A stretch of DNA of 64,000 nt from a virus. Taxonomy: Duplodnaviria > Caudoviricetes. Made by a program: the position numbers and the translations under genes. Numbering within the stretch: position 1 is the first letter of the stretch; each line of letters begins with the position of its first letter. Shown one piece after another: positions 54,374-63,691 of this stretch. The stretch covers positions 4,145 through 68,144 of the IMG/VR virus record IMGVR_UViG_3300033066_001617; one strand, 5' to 3'. The notes beneath the pieces were generated by a model. The model was not told where the DNA came from and did no database searches. It saw nothing but the letters and a program-made list of their open reading frames with translations.

Positions 54374-57300
54374 TACGTGAGAGCCCCACCAGGACGACGC
54401 TCGTTGAGAATAATGCTGACGACCTTCTTCTCAAAGTGCTGATCCATGTCGCGCATGATCTGGTCGGAAATCGCTTCCTTGTCCTTCTCCGACCCACCAT
54501 GAATGTTAATCTGAACAGGAGCATTGATGGCAACGGTTCCGCCTCCACCGCCGGCAGTGGCAACTCCAAGATCACCATTGCTCATGCGAGTAAGTGGGAC
54601 CAGACCTTCTTTACCAGCTTCTCCCGCGCGACCGATCTTCTCGTTCTGCATATGGAACATAGTCGGCTGGCTGAAGATATCGCCGGGGGCGAAATTCTTC
54701 GCCGGCTTGGAGGAACTCGGTTTACCGAATACGGCTCCAGAGCCAAAGTCGAGCAAACCTCCCAGATAATCACCGAGTGGCCCAGCGATTCCCTGCTGCC
54801 AAGCGATCTGTGCCAACGTGTTGAGCAAATTGATCAGCACATCATTGAGATTCTCGGCCTTGAGAATGGCAGCCTCAAACGCATCCTTGAACGCATTGCC
54901 GACACCAGTGACGACAGTCCTGTAATAGTCGGTATTCTTATTGAGATCCTCTTGCGCCTTATTGAGAGCGATAAGTTGATCCGGAGTAGCAAACTGCTTC
55001 AATTCTTCGATATGAGCATAAGCAGCGGCGAGTTTCTCCGCTTCCGTGGCCGTGTCCGCCAGAATCTGCTTGATCTCGTCACGAGCATAAGCCTCGGCAG
55101 CCAGGGTCTCGATCTTCTTCGTTTCTTCATCAGAAAGTTGAAGAGAGTCCCTCAGGCCAGCGTTATAGTCAGACTTCGCAGCATTGATACCTTCCAGAAG
55201 AGCCTTCTGCTTGGCTTGCTCAACACCGACAGCTTGCTCGATAGAGACCTGCTGGGTGAGTTTCGCCATCAGCTGTTCCATAGCTGACTGGCGCTCATCA
55301 CCCTGACGAGAGGTACTGCCTCCTCCGCCACCGCCGCGACTTGTTGAATGAGTATTAGTCTCGAGACGAGCCATGGCCTCAGCCAGCTTATCTCTCGCGC
55401 TTTGAATTCTAGCAATCTGATTATCAGCATCCGCAGCGGCGGCTGTGATGCCATCACCAAAAATCATAGTGCCGATCACGCCGATTCTGCCAATGGCTCC
55501 TGTAAACAGTGTGACGATATCCGCACCTGCTAGGAAAATATCGATGACACCCTTAGCTTTTGATCCAATACTGGTCAGTTCGGCTTGGACTCCTTCCGAA
55601 TAAGTTTGCTGAGCTTTTAGTTTTTCATCGATTGCCATGAGAGCGGTCTTAGCACTTGCAATATCTGCCGCCTCTCCACTCTTCAAAGCAGACTCATAAT
55701 CCTTCAAGGCACTATTGATCGTATCCAGGACATCGATCTGACTTTGTCCCTGATTGGTCCAATCAATCTGGGACAATTTGAAATCCGCCAATTGCTCAGT
55801 GGTCATACCCATAGTGCTAACTTGTTCGTTCAGCTTATCAAGCTGAGCTTGCATAGCCTTCGTCATTTCCTCAGTAGAATCAGTAACGTTATCTTCTTCT
55901 CCCCAAAAGTCTCTGAAAAGCCCGGTCAAATTTACAACCGGATTAGTGATACGACTATAGATATCATTAAGACTGAATAGAGCAAGTTTCACTCTAGACG
56001 TGGCAGCAGAAACCTGATCCAGAGTTCCAGTGCCAGATTTCAAAAATTCAAGACTCTCGTTCAGATTTCCAAAAGCTTGATCGATAGCTCCCTGGAACGG
56101 ACCCTTCAGTTCTGTGGAAAGATTTGCGAAACTATCTGAGATTGCAGAGATTTGGTCCGTGAACTGCTGGGAATTCAACACAGAAAGAAATTTGACTGGA
56201 TCCCCCGTTCTCAGAACATCCAATCTATGTTGCATGTCATCAATTCGTTTCGTAAAATCTTGGATTTGGAGAGCTGCGGCATTAGCATCTGAAGCCGCCA
56301 GGCGGATTTGATCACCCCAATCTTGATACTTCTTTATTTCATCTTCAATTTCACTCGAGGACAAACCCTGAGCTTCAAGAAGTTTACGATACTCTGCTGA
56401 AAAATCGTCCACGGCAGATTTGAACTTATCGTTGAATTCATCAAATGCGACTTCGCCACTCTGAAAACCGTCGATAAGATTTTGCATTGCATTCGTTTTG
56501 AATATATCAGAATTGGTAATATCGCTAAGGTCGCTGATCTCCTTGAAATTCTCCATAAGACTAGTAATATTTCTTCCGGCAGCACTCTGGGTTTCGACAA
56601 ACCCAGCCATTTGATTTCTCGCTTCGGAAAGAGAATTCGCCACCTTAATTGAAGATTGGAGCATCTGTGTAGAAAGAACTGCATAGGAGCTTTTTCCAAG
56701 ATCATCCATAGTCAGCTTAAATTCATCCGTAACCGCGATGGACTCTCCTGTGATTGCATTATACCGACCAAATGTATACATAATCGACTTATACTGCTCA
56801 TCGACAGTCTGTGCGGCTCTCGCAAGAGCTTCATTTGTGGCGTCCATAGTATCCTGAAGACGAAGAGTGACATTCGCTTCAGTGTTGAACGCCCCAAGAG
56901 CAGCGGTAAGTCCGACGACTGCAATGATGATAAGTCCTATCGGATTAGCAGCGATAGCCGCTCCGATTCCAGCGAGTACACTTCCAAAATTAACCAGAAG
57001 AGCCGTTAGTCCACCGATGGCAACAGTCAAAGCGACGAGATCAAGATTACGGATAAGAGCTGCAAACGCATCCGCAATAAAGATAATTGCCCGACCAAAG
57101 ATCTTCAATGTGTCGGACTGTGCAGTTCCTTTTAGTAGATCGGATACAGCCTTAGTCACATTAATGATTGCCTCAGTCAACCCTGCACGGCCAATTGCAA
57201 CCGAGGCTTCAGAGAAAGTGGTGCCAAGATTCGCAAAGGTTCCAGCGAGACCATTTAAGGATCTTGCTAGACCAGGACCACTTTGTTCCGCATATAGACG

Positions 57301-58746
57301 TGCGAACTCCAAAAGACCGCTACGAAGAGTTTCTCCGGTCACCTCACCTTGTTTCGTCATCTTAACGAGTTCGGCCGTAGACACGCCCAACGCCTGAGCC
57401 ATCTTATTGACGGCACCTGGAATTCGGTCGCCCAACTGACCGCGAAGTTCTTCCATCTGCAGACTACCCTTGGAGATAATCTGCGTCAAGGCGCGGAAGA
57501 CACCATCGGTATCGGCTACCGACAGGCCCAGCACACGAGAGGTCTTCGTGATATCTTCGAAGATCTTGCGCGCGTCGACCGCTGTGAAATTCGTTCCCTG
57601 AATAGCTGCGGTGAACTGAGTGAAGTTCTTCGCAGCAGTCTGGAAATCAACGCCGAAACCTTTGGCCACAGAACGAACATACTCAAGTTCTTGGGCAGCT
57701 TTCTCAGAGTCGCCCGTAAGAGCGGTCAGCCCAGCGGAGATCTGCTGGAACCCGACGATCTGCTGGGTGATCTCCCGCAGAGCGAGTACGCCACCCAGAG
57801 CCTGGAGAGCTCCCTGGGTACGGAACAGCGCGCTCTCGAGAGAAAGCGCGCCGGAGGTCATATTCGAGAAACCACCCGCGGCCGTACGAGTGGAAACAGA
57901 AATACGAGAGCTAAACCCACGAAGAGCATTCAGCTCAACGTTGAGTTTCGCCACCGCGGCCGCGGCGTGACTTGCGTTTGTCGCGATCGCTGCGAGAGCG
58001 GTCGCAATGGCTGAGGCGCCACGAGGAACAGTCGCAGCGCCGAGAACGTTGAAAAACTCACGGAAATTCTTGACCGTAGCCGCAGTCGGTCCAGAGCTAC
58101 CCGCGTGGAACGCGCCCATGAGTGCAGTGATGTTGCGCCCTGTCGTCACCGAGACTTTCGGTGCGGCGTTCAATACGGCAAAGAAATCACGAAGATTACG
58201 AACAGTCGCCGCAGACGGTGCGGTGACCGACCCGAGATTGGAGAAGGCCGCTCCTAGATTCCCAATGGAAGTCAGATTCCTGGGAACTGTGAGACCCTGG
58301 ACAGCCTTGAAGAAATCGGTGATATTGGTGATGGCAACGCGAGAAGGCGGCTTCAGAGCCGAAAGAGAAGACAGGGCCGAGGTCAGATTATTGACATTCT
58401 GCACAAGCCCAGAATGAGCCGTGGCAGAGGCGCCAAGTTTCTCGATAGCCTCTCCGATCTTGACCAACTTCGTGGCAAGAGTTCCGGAGATATTCTCTGT
58501 GGCGATACGGCTGAGGCTGTTGCCTAGCTTGTTGACCTCAGTGATCTGCCGGCTGAGGTCTAGATGCGCTGTTCCGAGCTTTGCAAGAGCTTTACGGAAA
58601 TCTTCGAAATATCCGACCGTTTCGGTACGGATCTTCTTATCAGCTTGAGAACGAATATTCTCGAAGGCCGCGATTACGCGGTTGGCACCTTCTTCAGCGG
58701 GCTTGGAATCGATCTTAAAAGAAAGACCGCCAACCAGGTCAGTCAC
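54373..58746 (-). CDS. tape measure protein
   Basis: 1457 aa, helical and Ala-rich; tape-measure motif ALTQIISKGSLQMEELRGQLGDRIPGA; C-terminal GEAGKEGLVPL.R..NG.LGV. Confidence 0.9.
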   Translation of the reverse strand: MTDLVGGLSFKIDSKPAEEGANRVIAAFENIRSQADKKIRTETVGYFEDFRKALAKLGTAHLDLSRQITEVNKLGNSLSRIATENISGTLATKLVKIGEAIEKLGASATAHSGLVQNVNNLTSALSSLSALKPPSRVAITNITDFFKAVQGLTVPRNLTSIGNLGAAFSNLGSVTAPSAATVRNLRDFFAVLNAAPKVSVTTGRNITALMGAFHAGSSGPTAATVKNFREFFNVLGAATVPRGASAIATALAAIATNASHAAAAVAKLNVELNALRGFSSRISVSTRTAAGGFSNMTSGALSLESALFRTQGALQALGGVLALREITQQIVGFQQISAGLTALTGDSEKAAQELEYVRSVAKGFGVDFQTAAKNFTQFTAAIQGTNFTAVDARKIFEDITKTSRVLGLSVADTDGVFRALTQIISKGSLQMEELRGQLGDRIPGAVNKMAQALGVSTAELVKMTKQGEVTGETLRSGLLEFARLYAEQSGPGLARSLNGLAGTFANLGTTFSEASVAIGRAGLTEAIINVTKAVSDLLKGTAQSDTLKIFGRAIIFIADAFAALIRNLDLVALTVAIGGLTALLVNFGSVLAGIGAAIAANPIGLIIIAVVGLTAALGAFNTEANVTLRLQDTMDATNEALARAAQTVDEQYKSIMYTFGRYNAITGESIAVTDEFKLTMDDLGKSSYAVLSTQMLQSSIKVANSLSEARNQMAGFVETQSAAGRNITSLMENFKEISDLSDITNSDIFKTNAMQNLIDGFQSGEVAFDEFNDKFKSAVDDFSAEYRKLLEAQGLSSSEIEDEIKKYQDWGDQIRLAASDANAAALQIQDFTKRIDDMQHRLDVLRTGDPVKFLSVLNSQQFTDQISAISDSFANLSTELKGPFQGAIDQAFGNLNESLEFLKSGTGTLDQVSAATSRVKLALFSLNDIYSRITNPVVNLTGLFRDFWGEEDNVTDSTEEMTKAMQAQLDKLNEQVSTMGMTTEQLADFKLSQIDWTNQGQSQIDVLDTINSALKDYESALKSGEAADIASAKTALMAIDEKLKAQQTYSEGVQAELTSIGSKAKGVIDIFLAGADIVTLFTGAIGRIGVIGTMIFGDGITAAAADADNQIARIQSARDKLAEAMARLETNTHSTSRGGGGGGSTSRQGDERQSAMEQLMAKLTQQVSIEQAVGVEQAKQKALLEGINAAKSDYNAGLRDSLQLSDEETKKIETLAAEAYARDEIKQILADTATEAEKLAAAYAHIEELKQFATPDQLIALNKAQEDLNKNTDYYRTVVTGVGNAFKDAFEAAILKAENLNDVLINLLNTLAQIAWQQGIAGPLGDYLGGLLDFGSGAVFGKPSSSKPAKNFAPGDIFSQPTMFHMQNEKIGRAGEAGKEGLVPLTRMSNGDLGVATAGGGGGTVAINAPVQINIHGGSEKDKEAISDQIMRDMDQHFEKKVVSIILNERRPGGALT

Positions 58747-58764
58747 CTAACTAGTCTCCTATCT

Positions 58765-59157
58765 CTAAGAGGCCAGTCTAGGCTTTCCCCCGGAAGGCAT
58801 AGACGGTGTAGTCTTGGACCTGAGTCTCTTCGCTATATCTTCCATCAGCACCGAGTCCAGGATTTTGATCACCTGGAGATACTGAAGACGATCGGCGTTA
58901 GAACTCACCCCAATGAGGTCAAGGTAGCACAGAATGGTGGGCATTGACAAGGGCTTTGGCCCCATGTCACCGGCCTCACGGTACGATGATAGGAACTGAA
59001 ATGTGTTCCAGTATGGGACCATATGCGGGTGAACCGCAGGTCCTTGAACCAGATGCATCGGCGGCTCGACGCCACGCTCACGAGCCGCCGCGATGATTTT
59101 CTCGGCGTTCTTTACTGCGGGCTGGAGACTCCACCGGAGGTATTCGAGGAGTTTCCC
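58765..59157 (-). CDS. tail assembly chaperone GT, -1 frameshift extension
   Basis: The -1 frame is open from the slippery site (GKLLEYLRW...) to 58765. Confidence 0.75.
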   Translation of the reverse strand, partial: GKLLEYLRWSLQPAVKNAEKIIAAARERGVEPPMHLVQGPAVHPHMVPYWNTFQFLSSYREAGDMGPKPLSMPTILCYLDLIGVSSNADRLQYLQVIKILDSVLMEDIAKRLRSKTTPSMPSGGKPRLAS

Positions 59158-59567
59158 GTTCCCTCCTCCACGAGCTCCTTGATGAATTTGTCCTTCTTCA
59201 GGGCGATCTGGCCGATCTCGTCGAGGAAGAACGGCCACTTCTCGAAGACCTTGACCGCGATCTCCGGAGAGAAGGGAACCTCCTGAAGGGTCTCGGGGTC
59301 CGGCACGCCCTTCCAGCCCTTGATGGTCTGATGAGCCATCTGCTCGATCGCCATCTTGCGGCTGATGTCATCCGGGAAGGACTGATCCCGGAGCTGGAAC
59401 TTTGCGTAACGTTGCTCCAACTGCCGACGATACTCGCGAGCCTGCTCGCCATGGATGCTGGCAACCAGGACCTCGACGCCGTTGCCCAGAGGGAACCAGA
59501 TGCCGTTGTTCAGGCCCTCGGTGTCGGCATCGAAAGCCTTCAGAAAGCCCTTGGCGATGTTGCCCAT
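59112..59567 (-). CDS. tail assembly chaperone G
   Basis: Between tail tube and TMP; D...E..G.W, IKGWKGV...FS.E.A. Confidence 0.8.
   Translation of the reverse strand: MGNIAKGFLKAFDADTEGLNNGIWFPLGNGVEVLVASIHGEQAREYRRQLEQRYAKFQLRDQSFPDDISRKMAIEQMAHQTIKGWKGVPDPETLQEVPFSPEIAVKVFEKWPFFLDEIGQIALKKDKFIKELVEEGTGNSSNTSGGVSSPQ
59151..59157 (-). other. programmed -1 ribosomal frameshift heptamer G GGA AAC
   Basis: XXXYYYZ in the correct phase of gene G; joins it to the downstream -1 ORF. Confidence 0.8.
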
Positions 59568-59634
59568 AATATTCCTCAATTGGATGGACGACCAGTGTAG
59601 CTTATATCTTCAATAGAACAAGTGTCTTCCACTC

Positions 59635-59666
59635 AAAAAGTCGGCCCCGGCTTTCACCGGGGCCGA
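59635..59666 (-). terminator. rho-independent terminator after the major tail gene
   Basis: 10-bp stem TCGGCCCCGG/CCGGGGCCGA with TTTTT on the - strand. Confidence 0.8.
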
Positions 59667-59695
59667 AGTCTAGGGAGGAAACCGTCAGAGCGACG

Positions 59696-61153
59696 TTACG
59701 CAGCGTAATAGTAGAACGACGAAATGGACATCGTGTAGCCCAGCGACGGATGCCGAAGCCCCCGGTAGTTGAGCTCGATCATGATGTCCGTGTCGATGCC
59801 CTGGACCGTCGGAGAACCCGACTCGAACTTGATCCGGGGGATATCGACGACGTAGGCCCTGCCGTTCTTCTTGACGATGAAGTCGACGGACGAGGCCGTG
59901 TTGCTGCGGACCTTCTCGAGAAGGTTCGTATCGCCGAAATAGGTGTTCAGCACGCCGGACACCTGGAACCGACCGACGCCGATGCCGACCGCCGCGACCG
60001 AGCCCACCGCATTCTGCATGCGGAGAGTGTTGTCGATCGCGACCGAGGCATTCATGACGAAGTTCGGACCCGACACGATGACCCCGTTCTCACGGAGCTG
60101 TGCCACATCCGAGGAACTGTTCATCACGTCCTCGACCGGCGCCGGAACGGTGGAGGCAGAGGCGAACCGGCTCGTGCCGGCGGTCGCGACCGAACCCATG
60201 ATGCCGATGGTCGAGGTCAGGATTGCCTGGGCATCCATCTGGAAGTTCAGGGTCGAGATCTCGGAACCGGCATAGTACTCGTAGGTCGTGGGAGTCGTGC
60301 CGTCGTACTGCATTTCGATCGTGTACGACCGCTCGGTCGTACCGTTCTTGATGAAATCGCCGAACCAGATGTCGATCAGCTTGCCGGTGCCGCTGTCGGT
60401 GGACCAGCCGGTCGGCAGCGAGTCCAGGGTCAGTGCGCCGGCCGCGATGGCACGGATACGGGCGAAACCATTGTTGGCCGCCGTCGCGAACTTGTTCGCG
60501 GTCGCCGTGCCGCCGATCTTGATCCACTGGCCGACCGTGAGACCCAGGGTCGTGAAATCCAGGGTCGTCGCCGCCAGACCGGTACCGCTCGCCGTGATAT
60601 CCGCGGAGGTGCCCCGAACACCGACGACCTTGATGAAGGACGCCAGCGGCGGAGAAGCAGAAGCGCCACCGGCGCCGGTGATCACGACAGAGGTGCCCGT
60701 GCTGGAAGCCACGACGCCGATGAAGGTATCGAGACCGGCCACACCGAACATGCCACCGGCGACGAGATACCCAGCGACAAAGTCCGTGCCGCCGGAGTTG
60801 ACGGTAGCCGTGGTCGTTGTGCCGTTCGTGGTGACCGCGCTGATCTGCGTCGCGACCGCGGCGTTGACCTTCTCGGGGGTCTGCACCCAGGTCGAGAACA
60901 TCCCGCCTTCAAGAAGATCGACGAGATTGTCGTGGGAGAGCTCGGTCTGGATGTCACCAGCCGTCTGGAAGCCCACGAGGATGAGATCCGTGATCTGACG
61001 ATCGGAACGGATTTCCTCGGAAACTTCGGTCTGCGGAGTGTAGCTGAGCGAGCTCGAGGTATAGCGGAGTTCTCGGAACGCCGGCGCAGCGGGAGTCACT
61101 GCAAAAGTGGACTCCGCCACATAGCGCAAGGCGGTAAGATTGGCGTCGGCCAT
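59696..61153 (-). CDS. major tail (tube) protein
   Basis: SEEIRSDRQ, GDI..EL, GVGRFQVSG.L..YF; strong codon bias; position in the tail module. Confidence 0.85.
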   Translation of the reverse strand: MADANLTALRYVAESTFAVTPAAPAFRELRYTSSSLSYTPQTEVSEEIRSDRQITDLILVGFQTAGDIQTELSHDNLVDLLEGGMFSTWVQTPEKVNAAVATQISAVTTNGTTTTATVNSGGTDFVAGYLVAGGMFGVAGLDTFIGVVASSTGTSVVITGAGGASASPPLASFIKVVGVRGTSADITASGTGLAATTLDFTTLGLTVGQWIKIGGTATANKFATAANNGFARIRAIAAGALTLDSLPTGWSTDSGTGKLIDIWFGDFIKNGTTERSYTIEMQYDGTTPTTYEYYAGSEISTLNFQMDAQAILTSTIGIMGSVATAGTSRFASASTVPAPVEDVMNSSSDVAQLRENGVIVSGPNFVMNASVAIDNTLRMQNAVGSVAAVGIGVGRFQVSGVLNTYFGDTNLLEKVRSNTASSVDFIVKKNGRAYVVDIPRIKFESGSPTVQGIDTDIMIELNYRGLRHPSLGYTMSISSFYYYAA

Positions 61154-61197
61154 CGTGATCCCCTGTGGAGCCTAGGGACGATTCCCATTACTCCTGA

Positions 61198-61226
61198 AGG
61201 GTAAACCCCGGTTAAGCGACTTGCAA
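61198..61226 (-). promoter_or_regulatory. sigma70-like promoter TTGCAA-N17-TACCCT upstream of the tail tube gene
   Basis: Exact 17-bp spacer in the intergenic gap. Confidence 0.5.
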
Positions 61227-61234
61227 TAGGGTAT

Positions 61235-61663
61235 TTAAGGAGTAGCGCGTGCCCTTAGCTGATCTGAATACAGAGGGCAACGAACCAGAGTCCGATAGCG
61301 CGAATTTTTGAAACCCAGAGAACGAGGATCTGGGGCGCTGAGGAAATTGATAGATTCACCATCTGTGGTCGTCAAAACCAGACCAGTGAACATATCACGA
61401 ATCTTCTGGTCAATGATATTCGAAGACTTCATGCCAGCAGATTCTGGTGCATAGATATCAATCTGCCAGGTGTAGTAATGACGATATCGATTGCGAGCAG
61501 CTCCGATGGATGCCTGCTGGGCTCCAGTCTTCAGAAGAGCTGTCGCGACATATGTCTCAGCTGGAGGAACGATCTTGTCGTTCTCGAAGAAAATGACCGA
61601 GAGATTTCCCCAGCCGTTCCTGAAATAAGTTTCGATTGAGACTCTGACAGTTTCCATCGTCAT
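61235..61663 (-). CDS. tail terminator-like protein
   Basis: FEND...P, IDIYAP..AG; position before the tail tube. Confidence 0.7.
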   Translation of the reverse strand: MTMETVRVSIETYFRNGWGNLSVIFFENDKIVPPAETYVATALLKTGAQQASIGAARNRYRHYYTWQIDIYAPESAGMKSSNIIDQKIRDMFTGLVLTTTDGESINFLSAPDPRSLGFKNSRYRTLVRCPLYSDQLRARATP

Positions 61664-62121
61664 CGTATTGTCTTTCTCGCCGCAGCGGCGATAGCTTTCG
61701 CCATCATTCCGCCCTCTGACTCACCCAGCGTTCCGTATTCCAGATCTGCGAAAGAGCCTTCTTCATACTCGACTGAATTCGTGCAATAGATAGTCCGATA
61801 GGCGAGTCCTTTCAGCCCGAGCTGAACCTGAGGAGCGGCTAGAGCCTGTTCTCGAATTGACCCATAATCCACCTGAGGGCGCTCGGTACCAGGCTCGTAA
61901 GTGTACTGATAGTCAAGTTCTTCAACTCTTGAACTTGGCTTGTCGTAGCTCCACTGATAATTGAGAACAGTACGACCGGTCCAGATTGGTGTGGTATCAA
62001 CTAGAGTATAGTTCGCCTCCAGAATGGCAGTCAGCATCTTATCCTGGATAGCTTTCTTTAGCTTTCCTCGAATTAGGCTGACAAGCCCCTGTTTTGTGAT
62101 ATCTGTTACGACGAGCATCAA
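61660..62121 (-). CDS. neck / tail-completion protein (HK97 gp10-like)
   Basis: TPIWTGRTVLNYQ, IYCTNSVEY..LEYG. Confidence 0.7.
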   Translation of the reverse strand: MMLVVTDITKQGLVSLIRGKLKKAIQDKMLTAILEANYTLVDTTPIWTGRTVLNYQWSYDKPSSRVEELDYQYTYEPGTERPQVDYGSIREQALAAPQVQLGLKGLAYRTIYCTNSVEYEEGSFADLEYGTLGESEGGMMAKAIAAAARKTIR

Positions 62122-62657
62122 GAGTCGGTAATCTCCTCATCGTCCTGATCTGTGATGGGTCCACCTTCTTCATCAAGAACAGAAAGAGGATTGACATTGC
62201 TCACAGGTGGGACATAAGGATTGAAAGCCTTGGCTTCCAATTGGATAATCCAAAGACCACGGCCCGGCACTGAGCCGATTACAGTAACAGACCAGGTTTC
62301 CCCCTGAAAAAGAATGAAGTCCTCATCTGCTGGCTCTACGTAGACCTTCTGCCCAGCGTCCATGTAGAAGAGATTGAGTGATGGAATAAGCATCCGCTGG
62401 GTGTTCCTCGCGGAAGCGTTTGGATCGACATAAGAGCCGATCTGGGAGAATTGTGTGTTCTCTTCCTGTGACTTCAATTTCGCCAACGTGACTTGCACAT
62501 TGGTCAAAGTCTTCATATCTGGATAGGTCGACGTTCCAAGGGATACGTCGTAGACAGGCGCTCCCTGAAGAGAGTAATACGTGATGGTCGGAGACAGATT
62601 GCCTGTGAGAGCAACCGCCTTCTGGGCCAAATTCGCTACGAGTTCGGCGAGACCCAT
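62118..62657 (-). CDS. head closure / head-tail adaptor-like protein
   Basis: Position; beta-rich pattern; P...D.I...G..W.V..I. Confidence 0.55.
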   Translation of the reverse strand: MGLAELVANLAQKAVALTGNLSPTITYYSLQGAPVYDVSLGTSTYPDMKTLTNVQVTLAKLKSQEENTQFSQIGSYVDPNASARNTQRMLIPSLNLFYMDAGQKVYVEPADEDFILFQGETWSVTVIGSVPGRGLWIIQLEAKAFNPYVPPVSNVNPLSVLDEEGGPITDQDDEEITDS

Positions 62658-62664
62658 GACGACC

Positions 62665-63192
62665 TCAGGAAGGAATGAGTTGGCCGAATCTCAGGCCACG
62701 GATCGAAGCAGAAACGATGAGCCCTCGAAGCCACATGAGGACCTTGTCCGGAAGAGGCTTCTTCTCAAGTCCTGCCGCCATGTCGTCTGTGAACTTGATT
62801 CCGATGACGTCGACTTGAAGTTCCTTGACACCTAGCGTCTCAGGTGTGGCGTTCGGATCGGTACCCAGAGATAGCGTGAAAGCCATCTCCATCTGGGCAT
62901 TCTTCAGTTGAAACGGAATGGAGTTGGATGGAATTTCGATACCATCGAGATCAGAGACTCCGGAACGAGGCCATCTAAGAGTCCCGGATGAATACGTCTT
63001 GTATCCCTTGTAATTCGCCGTCTGGTCCATGAGCAGGGCGGCTTCGATGAGACGACTTTCTTTATCGGGGTCAGAAAGATCGTCCCATGCCCCCCGGAAA
63101 TTCGTACCCGCCGCGTAGATATCCGCATCGACGAGGCTGATGTAGCTATTCGCGCCAGCCACACCCGAGCCAGTCTCGACGATCAAAGCCAT
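62665..63192 (-). CDS. head-tail connector (DnaT-like domain family)
   Basis: MALIVETGSGVAGANSYISL..AD.Y, L.WPR.GV, IP..LK.AQ.E.A. Confidence 0.75.
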   Translation of the reverse strand: MALIVETGSGVAGANSYISLVDADIYAAGTNFRGAWDDLSDPDKESRLIEAALLMDQTANYKGYKTYSSGTLRWPRSGVSDLDGIEIPSNSIPFQLKNAQMEMAFTLSLGTDPNATPETLGVKELQVDVIGIKFTDDMAAGLEKKPLPDKVLMWLRGLIVSASIRGLRFGQLIPS

Positions 63193-63216
63193 TGCGGAAC
63201 TCCACGCGAGAGAACG

Positions 63217-63480
63217 TTACTTCTTGTCGGTCGCCGAAGCCGCCGGCTTGGACTCGGTGGTCGAGGCCGTCTTCGTTTCGGTCGACTCGGTCTTGGTCGC
63301 CGGAGCTGCGTGCTTGACCGGCGCCGGATCGGGATCCGTCAGGCCCTCGTAGGCTTCCTTCGGGACGTTGAAGCCACGCTTCTCGTAGTCCTTCAGCTCG
63401 GACCAGACCTTGTTGACCGAGATGACTCGGCCATCCGGGTCCTTGATCTGCGTGATCGGGTAGGATTCGATCGCTGGCAT
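63217..63480 (-). CDS. small virion-associated hypothetical protein with a Lys/Thr/Ala-rich tail
   Basis: GGAGAG SD; strong codon bias. Confidence 0.6.
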   Translation of the reverse strand: MPAIESYPITQIKDPDGRVISVNKVWSELKDYEKRGFNVPKEAYEGLTDPDPAPVKHAAPATKTESTETKTASTTESKPAASATDKK

Positions 63481-63562
63481 TTCGCTCTCCAGGGAGTTGC
63501 AGTGCTGATACTCTGGGGCAAGATTTACGGATTGACAAGCCCCATATTTCCTGAATACAAGA

Positions 63563-63598
63563 AAGCCCTCCCGGGGGCGGGTGACCCCGGAAGGGCTT
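63563..63598 (-). terminator. 14-bp hairpin, terminator-like
   Basis: AAGCCCTTCCGGGG/CCCCGGGAGGGCTT (one G-U pair) followed by TCTTGTATT on the - strand. Confidence 0.6.
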
Positions 63599-63691
63599 CG
63601 AGGCGGACACCAGAAAGGAGGGCGGTCTCCTGACTGACCCCACAGTCAATAGCGTATGCGGTTTAACGCTAAAGAGCAAGGGGTCTGAAAG

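Noticed and set aside
58765-59238. Independent 157-aa gene starting at 59238
   Set aside because: Its N-terminus is an out-of-frame read of gene G; the region is better explained as the -1 frameshift extension.
59750-61204. 484-aa + strand ORF opposite the tail tube gene
   Set aside because: Same codon-bias shadow effect; no recognisable protein features.
63600-63690. tRNA gene
   Set aside because: No TTCG/A T-loop, no 7-nt anticodon loop and no 7-bp acceptor stem.
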